Of a stretch of DNA of 62,563 nt, positions 18,154-27,975 are shown one piece after another (positions within the stretch are counted from its first letter, which is position 1; each line of letters begins with the position of its first letter). The translations under genes and the position numbers were made by a program. A model generated the notes under the pieces. It was not told the DNA's origin and did not search any database. It was given only the letters and a program-made list of their open reading frames with translations. The stretch lies in the IMG/VR virus record IMGVR_UViG_3300021445_000002; one strand, 5' to 3'. Source of the DNA: a virus (taxonomy: Duplodnaviria; Caudoviricetes).

Positions 18154-18773
18154 GGGAGGAGTGCGTCGCGGCATTCTGGGATGCAGTTGCCCGCGCCCAT
18201 GCCGACAACCTGCGGCGTCGGTCTGTCAGCCAGGTTTCGCCGCTCCGTCCCATTTTCGGGGCGGCGAACGAGGGGCACAAGTACACCGTCGGCCCCGACG
18301 TCAACCTCGACAAGGAAGAGATCTACGTGGACGGCGAGCGACTGACCGAGCAACGCGCCGAGGAGATCGCGGAAGAGGTACGGGCGAGAGCGCGTCCCGC
18401 CATCAGCCGGGAGCGCCTAGAGGAACTGATCGCGATGGCGAAGGCCGATATCGACATCTCTGGCGAGCCCGAGGTCGGGACGCCGGTGGCCGTCTATGGG
18501 CCGGTGGCTCCAGCCCCGCGGACCGGCAAGAACCCGAGCGATATGACCGAAGCCGAGCTGGCCGAGTATTACTACGAGCACCGCGACGACCCGGATATGT
18601 GGGGCGAGCCAGTGTCCAGTCGTGAACCCGAGCGACTGGACACGGTCATCTCGTTGCGCTTCACCAGTGACGAGGCGGCCAGTCTGCGCGAGGCCGCCAA
18701 GTCGGCCGGGATCAACGTGTCGGCACTGCTGCGCGCTGCGGCGCTCAAGGCGATCACAAAGGAAGGCCCCTAA
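18150..18773 (+). CDS. CopG/BrnA antitoxin-like protein
   Basis: GPDVNLD.EE...GERLTEQRAEEIAE; LDTVISLRF...LREAA...G.NVSALLR. Confidence 0.65.
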   Translation: MREECVAAFWDAVARAHADNLRRRSVSQVSPLRPIFGAANEGHKYTVGPDVNLDKEEIYVDGERLTEQRAEEIAEEVRARARPAISRERLEELIAMAKADIDISGEPEVGTPVAVYGPVAPAPRTGKNPSDMTEAELAEYYYEHRDDPDMWGEPVSSREPERLDTVISLRFTSDEAASLREAAKSAGINVSALLRAAALKAITKEGP

Positions 18774-18997
18774 TGGACGACCGCATTGACCTGATCTGCG
18801 CCGCGCTTGATGCGCAGAATCCGAACACCCCGCCGATGCGCGAGAGCACCAAGCAGGCGATACGGGCACTTGTCGACAGCGCACCACCGATGACCAACGA
18901 GCAGGTGCTGCGTGTAGGCCGCATCCTGCGCGGCTCGCGGTATTGGCCGACCTGCGACCAGGGGCGCCGCGCCGGAGACAGCGAGGAGACCGCATGA
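18773..18997 (+). CDS. hypothetical protein
   Basis: coupled ORF. Confidence 0.55.
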   Translation: MDDRIDLICAALDAQNPNTPPMRESTKQAIRALVDSAPPMTNEQVLRVGRILRGSRYWPTCDQGRRAGDSEETA

Positions 18998-19338
18998 GCG
19001 ACGACAACGACTTCGAGCGCCACCTCGCCGAGCAGTTCCCGTTCCGGCCGAGCCACCCCGACTTCCAGCGCCTGCAAGAGGTCGTCAAGCAGGTCGAGGC
19101 ATGGAAGGCTGACAGGGTTGACCCCGAGGCGGCGTACGCGTCGATCGCCGACCTGATCAGCGTGACGTACATGGGCGTGCAGCGCGCGGGCATGAACCTG
19201 CCCCCGGCCAGCGCGAGCCGCAAGCAGGTGACCAACTACATGGCCAACGCGTGGGTCGAGGGCTTCCTGTACGGGGTGCTGTTCCAGCAGCTCGGCGGGC
19301 GGCAGGTCACCGACGACGACATCACCGGCGGCGGCTGA
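18994..19338 (+). CDS. hypothetical protein
   Basis: GAGGAG RBS; MSDDNDF...RPSHPDF. Confidence 0.65.
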   Translation: MSDDNDFERHLAEQFPFRPSHPDFQRLQEVVKQVEAWKADRVDPEAAYASIADLISVTYMGVQRAGMNLPPASASRKQVTNYMANAWVEGFLYGVLFQQLGGRQVTDDDITGGG

Positions 19339-19637
19339 TGGGTACGCGGGTGCGCTACGGCGTGATGGGTGACCGGATGGCCCGCGGCGACGAGATCACC
19401 TGCGCGCCGTCGTGCCGGAGCGTCGCGACGTGGACGATCAAGTTCTTCTACATGGACGGCAAGGAGGCCCGCCGGCCGGTGGTCTGCTGCAACCGGCACC
19501 TGTCCGACCGGCAGTCGTACTGGAAGGAGCGCGACAGGAACTCGCACGGCGTCACGCAGGTGGTCGAGCCGTTCCAGGACCAGACCCAACCGCCACCCGG
19601 CAAGACCAACGCCGGCCGCAGGAAGGCGGGCCGATGA
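19338..19637 (+). CDS. hypothetical Cys/His protein
   Basis: TGATG overlap; CAPSC...CCNRH. Confidence 0.6.
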   Translation: MGTRVRYGVMGDRMARGDEITCAPSCRSVATWTIKFFYMDGKEARRPVVCCNRHLSDRQSYWKERDRNSHGVTQVVEPFQDQTQPPPGKTNAGRRKAGR

Positions 19638-19942
19638 CCTCCGCCCGACCCTGGCAGGGCGAGACCCGCACCCTACCGGAGCGCCTCGACGGGCAGCGGG
19701 TCGTCGCGCACATCAAGCTGCCGACCCGCCCGATCCACCTCACGCACCAGTGGATCGCGGTGACCGAGGTCAGCAACTCGACCGTGTTCTTCGACCTGGT
19801 CGCCGTGGCGTACCAGGAGCAGGCCCGCCCGCCGCTGGTGCTCAACGGACAGGGCCGCAACCTGTCCTACCGCGAGGCGGTCGAGAAGATGTACGGGTAC
19901 GCGATGCGCGCCTTCGTGCGCGCGGGCATCGGGCCGGGGTAG
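19634..19942 (+). CDS. hypothetical protein
   Basis: ATGA overlap. Confidence 0.6.
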   Translation: MTSARPWQGETRTLPERLDGQRVVAHIKLPTRPIHLTHQWIAVTEVSNSTVFFDLVAVAYQEQARPPLVLNGQGRNLSYREAVEKMYGYAMRAFVRAGIGPG

Positions 19943-19964
19943 CCCGCGCCCCGAACGACGAAAC

Positions 19965-19997
19965 GGCCCGGCCACCCCTCTGCGGGATGGCCGGGCC
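19965..19997. terminator. hairpin between convergent genes
   Basis: GGCCCGGCCA / TGGCCGGGCC. Confidence 0.6.
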
Positions 19998-20044
19998 TCT
20001 GTGCGTCTCGACCCGACGGGGAAGCGGGCCGAGAGGTTCGTGTG

Positions 20045-20272
20045 CTAGTGGGACAGCCGCGCCCACACCCAGCGCCGCCCGCCGCAGGCGGTGCAGTACG
20101 TACCGGTCTGGGTGCCCGCGGCGGCGGCCTTGGCCGCGCCGGACGGCTTGAGGTAACCCAGCGAACAGTCCGGGCAGGCGATAGCGTGGAAGCCTGGAGG
20201 CGGCTGTCCGGGGTCGGTGTAGCGGCTCAGCTCGCCGCTATCGGCGTTGTCGTCGCCGGGGTCGTTGCTCAT
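20045..20272 (-). CDS. small Zn-finger protein
   Basis: CPDC...CTACGG. Confidence 0.6.
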   Translation of the reverse strand: MSNDPGDDNADSGELSRYTDPGQPPPGFHAIACPDCSLGYLKPSGAAKAAAAGTQTGTYCTACGGRRWVWARLSH

Positions 20273-20763
20273 CGGTATCCCCTTCCGCCGCAGGATCGGC
20301 AGGCGACCTGTACCCGGCTGGTGCGGTGCACAGCGCCGCGCCCGCCGCAGCCGCCGCAGGTCACGTCGACCTTGCCGCTGCGCCGCGAGCCGCGCCCGCC
20401 GCACGATCCGCAGGTGTCGCGGCGCTGCACCTCTTCGGTCTTGCTACCACGTCCGCCGCAGCCGCCGCAGACCTGCCGCTGGCCGCCGGCCCACGTCGGC
20501 AGCCGGGGCGTGAACATCGGCGCGGTGATCGGCACGCCGAGGATCAGCGCCAGCTCGGGCCGGCTGCCCGTGGTGCGGCGCGCGGGCAGGTCGGCGTAGC
20601 GGCTGTAGAACACCCGCACCGCGTCCTCGCGCAGCGGGCACTGCGGGGTGTTGCAGGCCAGGCAGCGCCCGTCGTGGCCGTATTCGTGGATGGACAGGAT
20701 CTCCTGCGCGCGGGCCATCACGTCGCGGCCACTGTGGAACGCGGGGTCGTCGAGCATGCTCAC
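20269..20763 (-). CDS. protein with DnaJ-type CxxCxGxG zinc finger
   Basis: four CxxCGGRG repeats. Confidence 0.75.
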   Translation of the reverse strand: MSMLDDPAFHSGRDVMARAQEILSIHEYGHDGRCLACNTPQCPLREDAVRVFYSRYADLPARRTTGSRPELALILGVPITAPMFTPRLPTWAGGQRQVCGGCGGRGSKTEEVQRRDTCGSCGGRGSRRSGKVDVTCGGCGGRGAVHRTSRVQVACRSCGGRGYR

Positions 20764-20959
20764 CGCCCCACCAGCACGTAGCCGCGCACCAGGTCGGCGG
20801 TGTCGGTGCCAAGCACGGGAAGCTCCATGGTCGGGTGCGTCCAGGACGGCGGGACGGCGGCTCGGGTACGCAACGGTGTGCCGGGATGCCGGCGGCGGGC
20901 AGCCTTACGGCGTCGGAAGATAGCCATAGGCGCACGCTAATGCGTTGCCCGTGGCCGGA

Positions 20960-21466
20960 TCATGACTCGTGGTCATGTTCCTCGGACGGGTGCGAGGCCG
21001 CCGCTGCCGCCTGCACGGCCAGCCCGGCGACCTCGCCCCGTACGTAGTCGAAGGTGCGGTAGGTCTGGTGCGCCTCGATCTGTTCGCGCAGGTCGGATGG
21101 CAGGCTGTCCAGCATGCCGGGGCTGAGGTCCATGTAGTGGCCGCAGTCGAACCCGAGCCACCACACGTCGGCGGGCCGGCCCGGCTCGGGCACGTGGCAG
21201 ATGCCGGGGCCGTCTTCGGCGCCTTCCTGGCAGGCGCCGGCGAAGGTCAGCCCGCCGTGCGCGAAGGCGTCCACGTCGTCGTAGTCCTTGCCGTGCCAGG
21301 GATGCGATGGCGGCACGCCGACGTACCCGCACAGCGCGCCGAAGTGGTTGCGCACGATCAGGCAGTCCAACCCGGTCGCCTCATCGATCCACTGTGCCTT
21401 GTCCGGCTCGTCGTCCCACGGGCCACCGGCCGGCGGGCGGCGCTCGGGGAAGGTGTAGGTACGCAT
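20960..21466 (-). CDS. conserved-type phage hypothetical protein
   Basis: G.LCGYVGVP..HP.HG...HGGLTF...WWLGFDCGH. Confidence 0.75.
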   Translation of the reverse strand: MRTYTFPERRPPAGGPWDDEPDKAQWIDEATGLDCLIVRNHFGALCGYVGVPPSHPWHGKDYDDVDAFAHGGLTFAGACQEGAEDGPGICHVPEPGRPADVWWLGFDCGHYMDLSPGMLDSLPSDLREQIEAHQTYRTFDYVRGEVAGLAVQAAAAASHPSEEHDHES

Positions 21467-21467
21467 C

Positions 21468-21686
21468 TCAGTCCTCCTGGTTGTCGTCGCGCGGACGCGA
21501 CGGTTCCATCAGTCGCCAGAACACCAAGCTGGCGCCGAGGCCGACCACGAGCATCAGTCCGCACGCCAACCACAGCCCGATGGCGGTTGGCGTATCGCTG
21601 TGCAACGCCTGCTGGCTGAACGTGCCGACCGCCAGCCCGAGCAGTCCGAAGAAGGCCATCGCGACGACGTGGTGGTGCTCGCTCAC
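21468..21686 (-). CDS. small membrane protein
   Basis: two hydrophobic helices. Confidence 0.6.
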   Translation of the reverse strand: MSEHHHVVAMAFFGLLGLAVGTFSQQALHSDTPTAIGLWLACGLMLVVGLGASLVFWRLMEPSRPRDDNQED

Positions 21687-22855
21687 GCCGCCACCCCCAT
21701 CGCCTGCACCAGCCGGCGCAGTTCGGCCGACCCGCCGCCCCTGGCGTCGCGCTGCATCTGGCCGACGATCTCGCGCACCGAGGAGCGGGTGCGGGTCTCC
21801 TGCGGGGCGACCTCGTGGGCGCGCAGGAAGAACGCGACGGCCCGCTCCGGTTTGCCGGCGAGATACCAGGCCCGGCCGGCGTCCATGTCGAAGCGGCTGG
21901 CCCGCTGGCGGGTGACCAGGTGCGTCCGGTTGACCTGCAGGGACAGGTTGACCGCCCGGTCGGGGTCGGTGCCGTTCGCCTCCAGCGCGCCCGCGATCCG
22001 CCAGGTGCGCACGTTGTCGCGGGTGAACTCCATCAGCCACGGGTCGACCTCGTCGCCGGGGGTGGCGGCCAGCGTCTCGGCCTGCTCGAAGTGTGAGGCC
22101 GCGCCGCCCTGCTCGCCCGCGCTGGACGCGCACAGGCCGGCGTGCAGGTGCAGCATGCCGGCCCAGACCCGCTCGGTCGGCGGCAGCGCGTCGGCGGCCT
22201 GTACGGCGACCGACCTAGCGCGGCGGCGGCTGCCCGAGGCGAGCAGGGCCTGCGCGTAGGCGAACTCGGCGGCGGCGTAGTCGTCGGCGTGGCCGGTGTC
22301 GGTGGCCACCCGCCGAGCGGCCTCGGCCAGCCGCATGGCGAGATCCTGCCAGCCGATCGGGCGCAGGGTCAGCGAGCCGGCGACCAGGCCGCGCACCAGC
22401 AGCGGACCGGCCCAGCGGTGTCCGGCGTCGTGCGCGGCGCGGGTCTCGGCGAGCAGCGCGGGCAGACCGGCGCTGATCAGGCCGTAGTCGCACGCCATCC
22501 GCGCGGCCATGATGGTGCGGGCCAGCACGACCAGCTCGCGGCGGGGCCGCCAGATCACCGGCTCGTCGGGGTAGTCCAGCGCGGCGCGGATGCCGGCGAC
22601 CGCGGACAGGCTGACCAGATCCTCGCGCGTGGACGCGGGCAGCGGGATGCCGAGCAGTTCCTGGCTGGGCACGTGCAGCGCCTCGGCCAGCGCGAGCAGC
22701 GTGTGCCGGCTGGTCACCGGTTTCTTGAGGCTTTCAATTTTGCTGATGAACGGCTGGCTTAACCCGGCCGCGTCGGCGAGCTGCTGCTGGCTCATGCCGC
22801 CGGCCAGCCGGAATCTGCGTACCTGCCGGCCGATCCCGGCATCGTCGGTCGTCAT
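21683..22855 (-). CDS. XRE-family HTH regulator with helical (TPR-like) C-terminus
   Basis: IGRQVRRFR...GMSQQQLADAAGLSQPFISKIE; typical actinobacterial architecture. Confidence 0.85.
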   Translation of the reverse strand: MTTDDAGIGRQVRRFRLAGGMSQQQLADAAGLSQPFISKIESLKKPVTSRHTLLALAEALHVPSQELLGIPLPASTREDLVSLSAVAGIRAALDYPDEPVIWRPRRELVVLARTIMAARMACDYGLISAGLPALLAETRAAHDAGHRWAGPLLVRGLVAGSLTLRPIGWQDLAMRLAEAARRVATDTGHADDYAAAEFAYAQALLASGSRRRARSVAVQAADALPPTERVWAGMLHLHAGLCASSAGEQGGAASHFEQAETLAATPGDEVDPWLMEFTRDNVRTWRIAGALEANGTDPDRAVNLSLQVNRTHLVTRQRASRFDMDAGRAWYLAGKPERAVAFFLRAHEVAPQETRTRSSVREIVGQMQRDARGGGSAELRRLVQAMGVAA

Positions 22856-23068
22856 GGCGGTTACTGTAGCGCTCACTGCGGGCCACTCTCCGTCGGTTCT
22901 ACTAGGGGGTGGCGCGGGGCGGGAGTCAGGCCGCGTTCCCCGCGGTCTGCATGCCCGCCCCGCGCCGGACGCGCCGCCGGGGCGTGCGGCTCCCAGTGGT
23001 TGGCGGCGCGCTGGTGCGGTACGCCCCGGCTGACCTCCCACAGCCAACTGCAACCGGGGCGCACGTCT

Positions 23069-23491
23069 CTATTCGTGCCGGTCGTGGCTGGTGAACCGCC
23101 GCCTGGACCAGCGCCAGCTCATGTGTCGCACGTACGGGTAGGCCATCCCGAAGAAGACCGCGATGGTGCGGGTCGGCTGGTCGGCGACCGAGAAGCACAG
23201 TGCCGCCACCGCGACGAAGGCCAGGAACAGCGCGTTCCAGCCCCACCAGGTGCGTTGGTCGATCGCGCCGGTGACCACGCCGGACACCTTGGCGGGCCTG
23301 GGCAGCCGACCGCTGGTGGTGCCGGCGATGATGTGCCGCGCGTTGATCCAGACGGCGCCGATGTTGCCGTCGGCCTTGTGGTCGTGGATCGAGGTCAGCA
23401 GCGCCTCGGCCCGCTCCGGCGGCATCGACAGGAACAGCGTAACCAGGTCGTTGTCCTGGTCACGTCGCTCGTCGGCCTCGACTTCGGTCAC
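23069..23491 (-). CDS. membrane protein
   Basis: two C-terminal TM segments. Confidence 0.6.
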   Translation of the reverse strand: MTEVEADERRDQDNDLVTLFLSMPPERAEALLTSIHDHKADGNIGAVWINARHIIAGTTSGRLPRPAKVSGVVTGAIDQRTWWGWNALFLAFVAVAALCFSVADQPTRTIAVFFGMAYPYVRHMSWRWSRRRFTSHDRHE

Positions 23492-23655
23492 GCCCGCGCC
23501 CCTTCCCTCGTTGTCCCCGCCAACGGGTGACCTTGCGCTCGGTTACGCCTGCCGGGTGATGTTCATCCGATGGCGTTACTTACGTTGCGTGCCCTCGTTG
23601 CCCTACCTTAGTAGTCACCCCTGGTGGCCCGGCTCGGGCTGAGAGGTAGGGAAAG

Positions 23656-24960
23656 TTGTCGAATTACAACGGCGACGTGCTCGACATGATCGCGCGGTGT
23701 CGCCGCATCGGGTGGGTCGTAGAGAGCGCGCCGCGTGATCGTGGCGTGCGGTGGTGGTACCGGGTCTGTCCACCGGGGACGGCCAAGAAGATCGAGATCC
23801 ACGGCAGCCCGCGCAACGGCGTCACCGAGATCCGCAAGCGGTGGAAGGATCTCAACGACCTTGGGTTCGCCGCGGCCGAGGCCGAGTGGGAGCGCCGGTA
23901 CCGGGCCACCAAGAACAAGCGGCTCACCGAGGAACGCGAGAAGGCCGAGGCCGAGGCGAAGCGCCTGTCCGATGAGGCCACCAAGAAGGCCAAGCAGGCG
24001 GCGCTGACCGAGCGCGCGGCCGGACCGTACGCGGAGAAGGAACTGGAACTGGACTGGTTCCTGACGCCCACCCAGTTTCCGGAAACCCGGTGGCGCTGGG
24101 TCACTCCCGAAGCGGCCGAAAAGGTGCTGGAATCCATCAACACGCATAACCGCGACGAGTCCGAGGGTCGGATTCAGTACTTCGTCGACGAAATCGAAAA
24201 CGAAGGCGAACTCGCCTCCACGCACCAGGGCGTCGCGGTGGACTGGAATGGCGTCTTCCAGGATGGACAATCGCGGTTCGCGGCCATCAGGCGCACCGGC
24301 AAGAAGCAGTTCATGGCCTGCACGGTGGGCATGGCCCCGAAGAACTTCGATTGCATCGATACCGGCCAGCCACGTACCGCCGCGCAGAACGCGAAAGTGG
24401 AGGGCGAGGCCGATCCGAGCATTCTCACCGGGGCCGCCGCGATGCTGTTGCGCATCGAGCGCGACAACACCCGCGCGCATGCCTCGACGCGGCGGATCAG
24501 CAACTCTGCGGTGCGCCGCTTCATCCGCGAGGCCGGCGATCCGCTGCGCGCCGCCGTGGTCGAGGCCAAGCACATTCGCAAGTCGCTGCGCCGGGCGAAC
24601 GCGAACGCGCTGGTGGCAACCATCTATCTGATCCGCCAGGCGCTTCCCGGCGACACGCGGGTGGATGAATTCTTTGAGGCGCTGCGCACCGGCAACGCCC
24701 CCGAGACGGACTACGCCTGGGAATTGCGCCAGAAATTCATCAACGGCCGGACCGTCAACGGCGGTAACCGGGCGTATCCGCAGTGGATCGCCGCCGCGCT
24801 CATCCTCAAGGCGTGGCGGCACAAGCACAGCGGTTCCGACAAGAGGTTGCAGTTCCGGCCCGCCGACGAGCCATTCCCCTACGTCTACCTGCCGCCCAAG
24901 GATGACGAGACTGCCGCTGCGGTCGTCGCGGCCTCCGTCGAATTGAGCGAGGCGGCCTAG
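23656..24960 (+). CDS. ParB/Srx-like domain protein with HicA-like N-terminus and coiled coil
   Basis: VTPE.A..VL...NTHNR...QG.A.D.NG.FQDGQSR..AI; N-terminal GWVVE...YRV.PP....IHGSP. Confidence 0.65.
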   Translation: MSNYNGDVLDMIARCRRIGWVVESAPRDRGVRWWYRVCPPGTAKKIEIHGSPRNGVTEIRKRWKDLNDLGFAAAEAEWERRYRATKNKRLTEEREKAEAEAKRLSDEATKKAKQAALTERAAGPYAEKELELDWFLTPTQFPETRWRWVTPEAAEKVLESINTHNRDESEGRIQYFVDEIENEGELASTHQGVAVDWNGVFQDGQSRFAAIRRTGKKQFMACTVGMAPKNFDCIDTGQPRTAAQNAKVEGEADPSILTGAAAMLLRIERDNTRAHASTRRISNSAVRRFIREAGDPLRAAVVEAKHIRKSLRRANANALVATIYLIRQALPGDTRVDEFFEALRTGNAPETDYAWELRQKFINGRTVNGGNRAYPQWIAAALILKAWRHKHSGSDKRLQFRPADEPFPYVYLPPKDDETAAAVVAASVELSEAA

Positions 24961-24962
24961 GC

Positions 24963-25262
24963 ATGTACGACGTGTACGGGGGCGTGACCGAATCCGGCGC
25001 GGAGATGCGCCGGCTGCTGGAGCGGGTGCGCGAGGACGCCGAGCGCACCGGCTGGCACTGGCGCTACCTGGAAACCGGCATGATTGCGCACGCGTTGGCC
25101 GCCGGTGCCCATGGTGGATTGAACCGGGTGGCCGCCTGCGGCATGTTCCCGCGCGGCTATTGGAGTGAATGGCTGGGCGGCGGCAGTCAGCGCGAGTACG
25201 AGCGGGCGGCGACGATGCCCAAGTGCCGGCGCTGCATGCGGAGGGCGGTGGAGCAGGCGTGA
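24963..25262 (+). CDS. hypothetical protein
   Basis: HAL...AACG...W.G.GSQ.EYE.A..PKCRRC. Confidence 0.65.
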   Translation: MYDVYGGVTESGAEMRRLLERVREDAERTGWHWRYLETGMIAHALAAGAHGGLNRVAACGMFPRGYWSEWLGGGSQREYERAATMPKCRRCMRRAVEQA

Positions 25263-25900
25263 GTCTGGCGGCGGTCGGGCCGGCCGGTGGCGGGCACCTG
25301 GACGGGCTGTGCGTGACGGTGCGCCGGGAGAGGCGCAAGAAGCACAAGCGGGCACGCCCGCAGGTGGGGTTCACGCTGCACGAGGCGACCTGTGGCTACG
25401 TGGCGCGGGCCGGGGACGGCAATGTCATGCCGGCCCCGGCCACGCCGTACCCGAACACGGTGGACTGCACGTACTGCAAGCCGACCGGCAAGCACAAGCT
25501 GACCTACGTGGACCTACCCGACGGGACGGTCGAGGCGGCCTGCTCGTGCGGGTCGGCCTCGGCCGTCGCGGGCACCCGCGGCGCCGCCTACCTGCGGCTG
25601 CTGCGCAGCCACGAGGAGATCCGCACCAGGCCGCCGCGACCGGCACAGAAGGCGACCCGCAAGTCGACAACGACCACGGTGACAACGACCACGGTGACAA
25701 CGACGGACGGCAGACGACGTGGTCGCCACAACGGCGACCACGTCGTCAGGCTTGACTTCTCCACCCTGCCGAGCGGGCAGGTGCTCGTCACCTGCACGGG
25801 CTGCGGTGAATCCGCGGACGGCCCGACCAGGAACGCGGCGAAGCTGCGGATGTGGCGGATGCACAGGAGGGCGAAAGATGTCTCGATCTCCGACTCATGA
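25259..25900 (+). CDS. hypothetical protein with duplicated Zn-ribbon-like units and Thr-rich linker
   Basis: H.L...LP.G.V...C..CG twice; 15-bp repeat at 25666-25704. Confidence 0.6.
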   Translation: MSLAAVGPAGGGHLDGLCVTVRRERRKKHKRARPQVGFTLHEATCGYVARAGDGNVMPAPATPYPNTVDCTYCKPTGKHKLTYVDLPDGTVEAACSCGSASAVAGTRGAAYLRLLRSHEEIRTRPPRPAQKATRKSTTTTVTTTTVTTTDGRRRGRHNGDHVVRLDFSTLPSGQVLVTCTGCGESADGPTRNAAKLRMWRMHRRAKDVSISDS

Positions 25901-26093
25901 CCTGCCCCGGTTCACCGAGAACGAGGAAGTGGCGGTGAACCTGCCCGGCCTGCGCCAGTCGCTGTACGGGCGGGTCGTCCGTCAGGACGGCCTCACAATC
26001 ACGGTCACCGTCTTCCGCGGCGAGGAACGCGCGAGGATGACCGTGGACGCCGACCTGGTCCGGCCGTGGTTCACCCGTGGGAGTGGACGGTGA
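25878..26093 (+). CDS. hypothetical protein
   Basis: AGGAGG RBS plus ATG. Confidence 0.6.
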   Translation: MSRSPTHDLPRFTENEEVAVNLPGLRQSLYGRVVRQDGLTITVTVFRGEERARMTVDADLVRPWFTRGSGR

Positions 26094-26614
26094 GCGGACT
26101 GGTCCTGCGCTCGCCGCGCTGCCCCGGCTGCGACACCCCGCCCGTGTTCGCGTTCGACGCGCAGGGCTTCTGCGGCACCTCGGACTGCCAGGTGGTCACC
26201 TGGGACCGCACCGACCGGCCCGAGACGTTCAAGGCCAAGGCGGTGAAAGTCGACCTGTCGCCGTTGCTGGGCGACAACGTCGTCGTTGCAGTACCCGTGA
26301 GCAAGCCCGCAGAGGACTGGCAGGAGTTCAGCAAACCGATCCCCGAGATGGACCCGCGACACGTCGCCGCGCTCGACCACGCGCACGCCATGTCCCGGGA
26401 CATGGCGTCCTGGGCGTACGGCTACGCGCGGCACCTGATCGGGGAGGGTGTCGGCGACATGGAGGCGTTCACCCGCGTCGCGGGGGGCGTCGCGCAGCAG
26501 TTGGCCCAGTGCGCCGGCAACCCGAGTGACGCGTTCGGGCTGGCCATGACCACGATCGCCTTCTTCGCCACCAACACCGAGGCGGAACCCGAGGACCAGG
26601 ACGGGTCGGCGTGA
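26090..26614 (+). CDS. hypothetical protein with N-terminal Zn finger
   Basis: CPGC...FC...C. Confidence 0.6.
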   Translation: MSGLVLRSPRCPGCDTPPVFAFDAQGFCGTSDCQVVTWDRTDRPETFKAKAVKVDLSPLLGDNVVVAVPVSKPAEDWQEFSKPIPEMDPRHVAALDHAHAMSRDMASWAYGYARHLIGEGVGDMEAFTRVAGGVAQQLAQCAGNPSDAFGLAMTTIAFFATNTEAEPEDQDGSA

Positions 26615-26729
26615 GCCCAGTCGCGGTGTCCGTGCTGGCCGGACTCGCCGGGGGCACCGGCGCGCTCCTCGGGGTCGTCGTCGGCGGCGCCGTGCTGATC
26701 ACGCGCCGGGACCGGCGGGAGGGCCGACG

Positions 26730-27032
26730 ATGAGCGACAGGATCCACGTCCCGGACGGCGCGAAGCTCGACGTGCTGTTCGCGGGCGGCGCGCACCACTA
26801 CTGGTCCACGCACTGCCGCCACGACGACCACGACGCCTGTAGTGCAACCGAGCTGGCGCCCGGCGTGCCGCGCAAGCCGGCCCAGTGCAAGAGGTGCGGC
26901 GCGGCGTGCATCTGCCCGTGCCACGACACACGCCGGGCAATGCTCGACCTGCTCGACGCCCTGCAAGGCGTGGAGCTACCCGAGCACGTCAAGTCCGCGC
27001 ACCGGATCGCACTGGCGGCGGTGGACCGGTGA
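26730..27032 (+). CDS. Cys/His-rich hypothetical protein
   Basis: STHC.H..H..C...CKRC...CICPCH. Confidence 0.7.
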   Translation: MSDRIHVPDGAKLDVLFAGGAHHYWSTHCRHDDHDACSATELAPGVPRKPAQCKRCGAACICPCHDTRRAMLDLLDALQGVELPEHVKSAHRIALAAVDR

Positions 27033-27250
27033 CCAGCCGCGTCCCGGCGACGCGCCGCCTGCGCTACCTCAGCGCCGCGTTCGTGACGTGCATGTTCACC
27101 GTCGCCGCCCTGGCCCGCTTCATCCGGCCGGGCGGCAACTGGGCAACCTGGACCGCGCTGACCCTGTGCGGGGTGTCGTTCGTGCTGCTGTCCATCGCGT
27201 TCCGCGACGCGAAGCGCGTATACGGCGACCACACCGACGAGGTCGAGTAA
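27029..27250 (+). CDS. small membrane protein
   Basis: two TM segments. Confidence 0.6.
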   Translation: MTSRVPATRRLRYLSAAFVTCMFTVAALARFIRPGGNWATWTALTLCGVSFVLLSIAFRDAKRVYGDHTDEVE

Positions 27251-27282
27251 GAGGCCGGGCGCGATGGGGTTGGATCAGAGTC

Positions 27283-27594
27283 ATGAGCCCGCTCGCCCGT
27301 TTCCTGCACAAGTGGTCCGCCGCGCTCGCCGCCTACGAGGAGGCGAGCGCCCGGTTCAACCGGGTGACCGGCGAGTACCTGGCGCTGATCGGCACGCCCA
27401 AGCACGGCGAGCCGGGTGCGATGGCCAAGCTGCGCGGCGAGCGGGCCCAGCTCTACACCGAGACCGAGGTGCGCATCCTGGCCAAGAAAGACTTCTACCG
27501 GCAGAAGGCCATCTCCGACCAGCAGTTCTGGTCGGCCGAGGCGACCATGTACGGCATCGCGGCACTGGTCGAGATGCTGCGTGAGGAGGGGTGA
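27283..27594 (+). CDS. hypothetical protein
   Basis: coding-like ORF MSPLARFL... Confidence 0.6.
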   Translation: MSPLARFLHKWSAALAAYEEASARFNRVTGEYLALIGTPKHGEPGAMAKLRGERAQLYTETEVRILAKKDFYRQKAISDQQFWSAEATMYGIAALVEMLREEG

Positions 27595-27595
27595 C

Positions 27596-27886
27596 GTGAA
27601 CGGTGAGCCGATGATCGACGCTGGGGCCAATCCCGCGCGGCGCAGCCTGGGGTTCGACCTCGCCCGCCTGCTGGGTGACGCGTCGTTTCGTGCGCGCCTG
27701 CGCGCGATCGGCCACGAGGGCGAGGTCCTTGTCCCGATCTTGCCTGGCGACAGCTTCGCCGCCTTCTTGGAACGCCTGGACGACCACACCGACCGCTGCC
27801 TGCTCGCCTTCCGCGACGCCCGCGCGCCGCATGGCTGGCGGCTGGCGTGGTGGCACGAGCCGCGCGCCACCGACGCGGCGTACTGA
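27596..27886 (+). CDS. hypothetical protein
   Basis: GGAGG RBS plus GTG. Confidence 0.55.
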   Translation: MNGEPMIDAGANPARRSLGFDLARLLGDASFRARLRAIGHEGEVLVPILPGDSFAAFLERLDDHTDRCLLAFRDARAPHGWRLAWWHEPRATDAAY

Positions 27887-27975
27887 GAGGACTGCCGAAA
27901 ACTGCCCGCGCTGTGGCCAACCACCGGTCCGTCGCCGACCTGGTACCGGCGGCTGTGGCGGTGACGAGTAGACGG

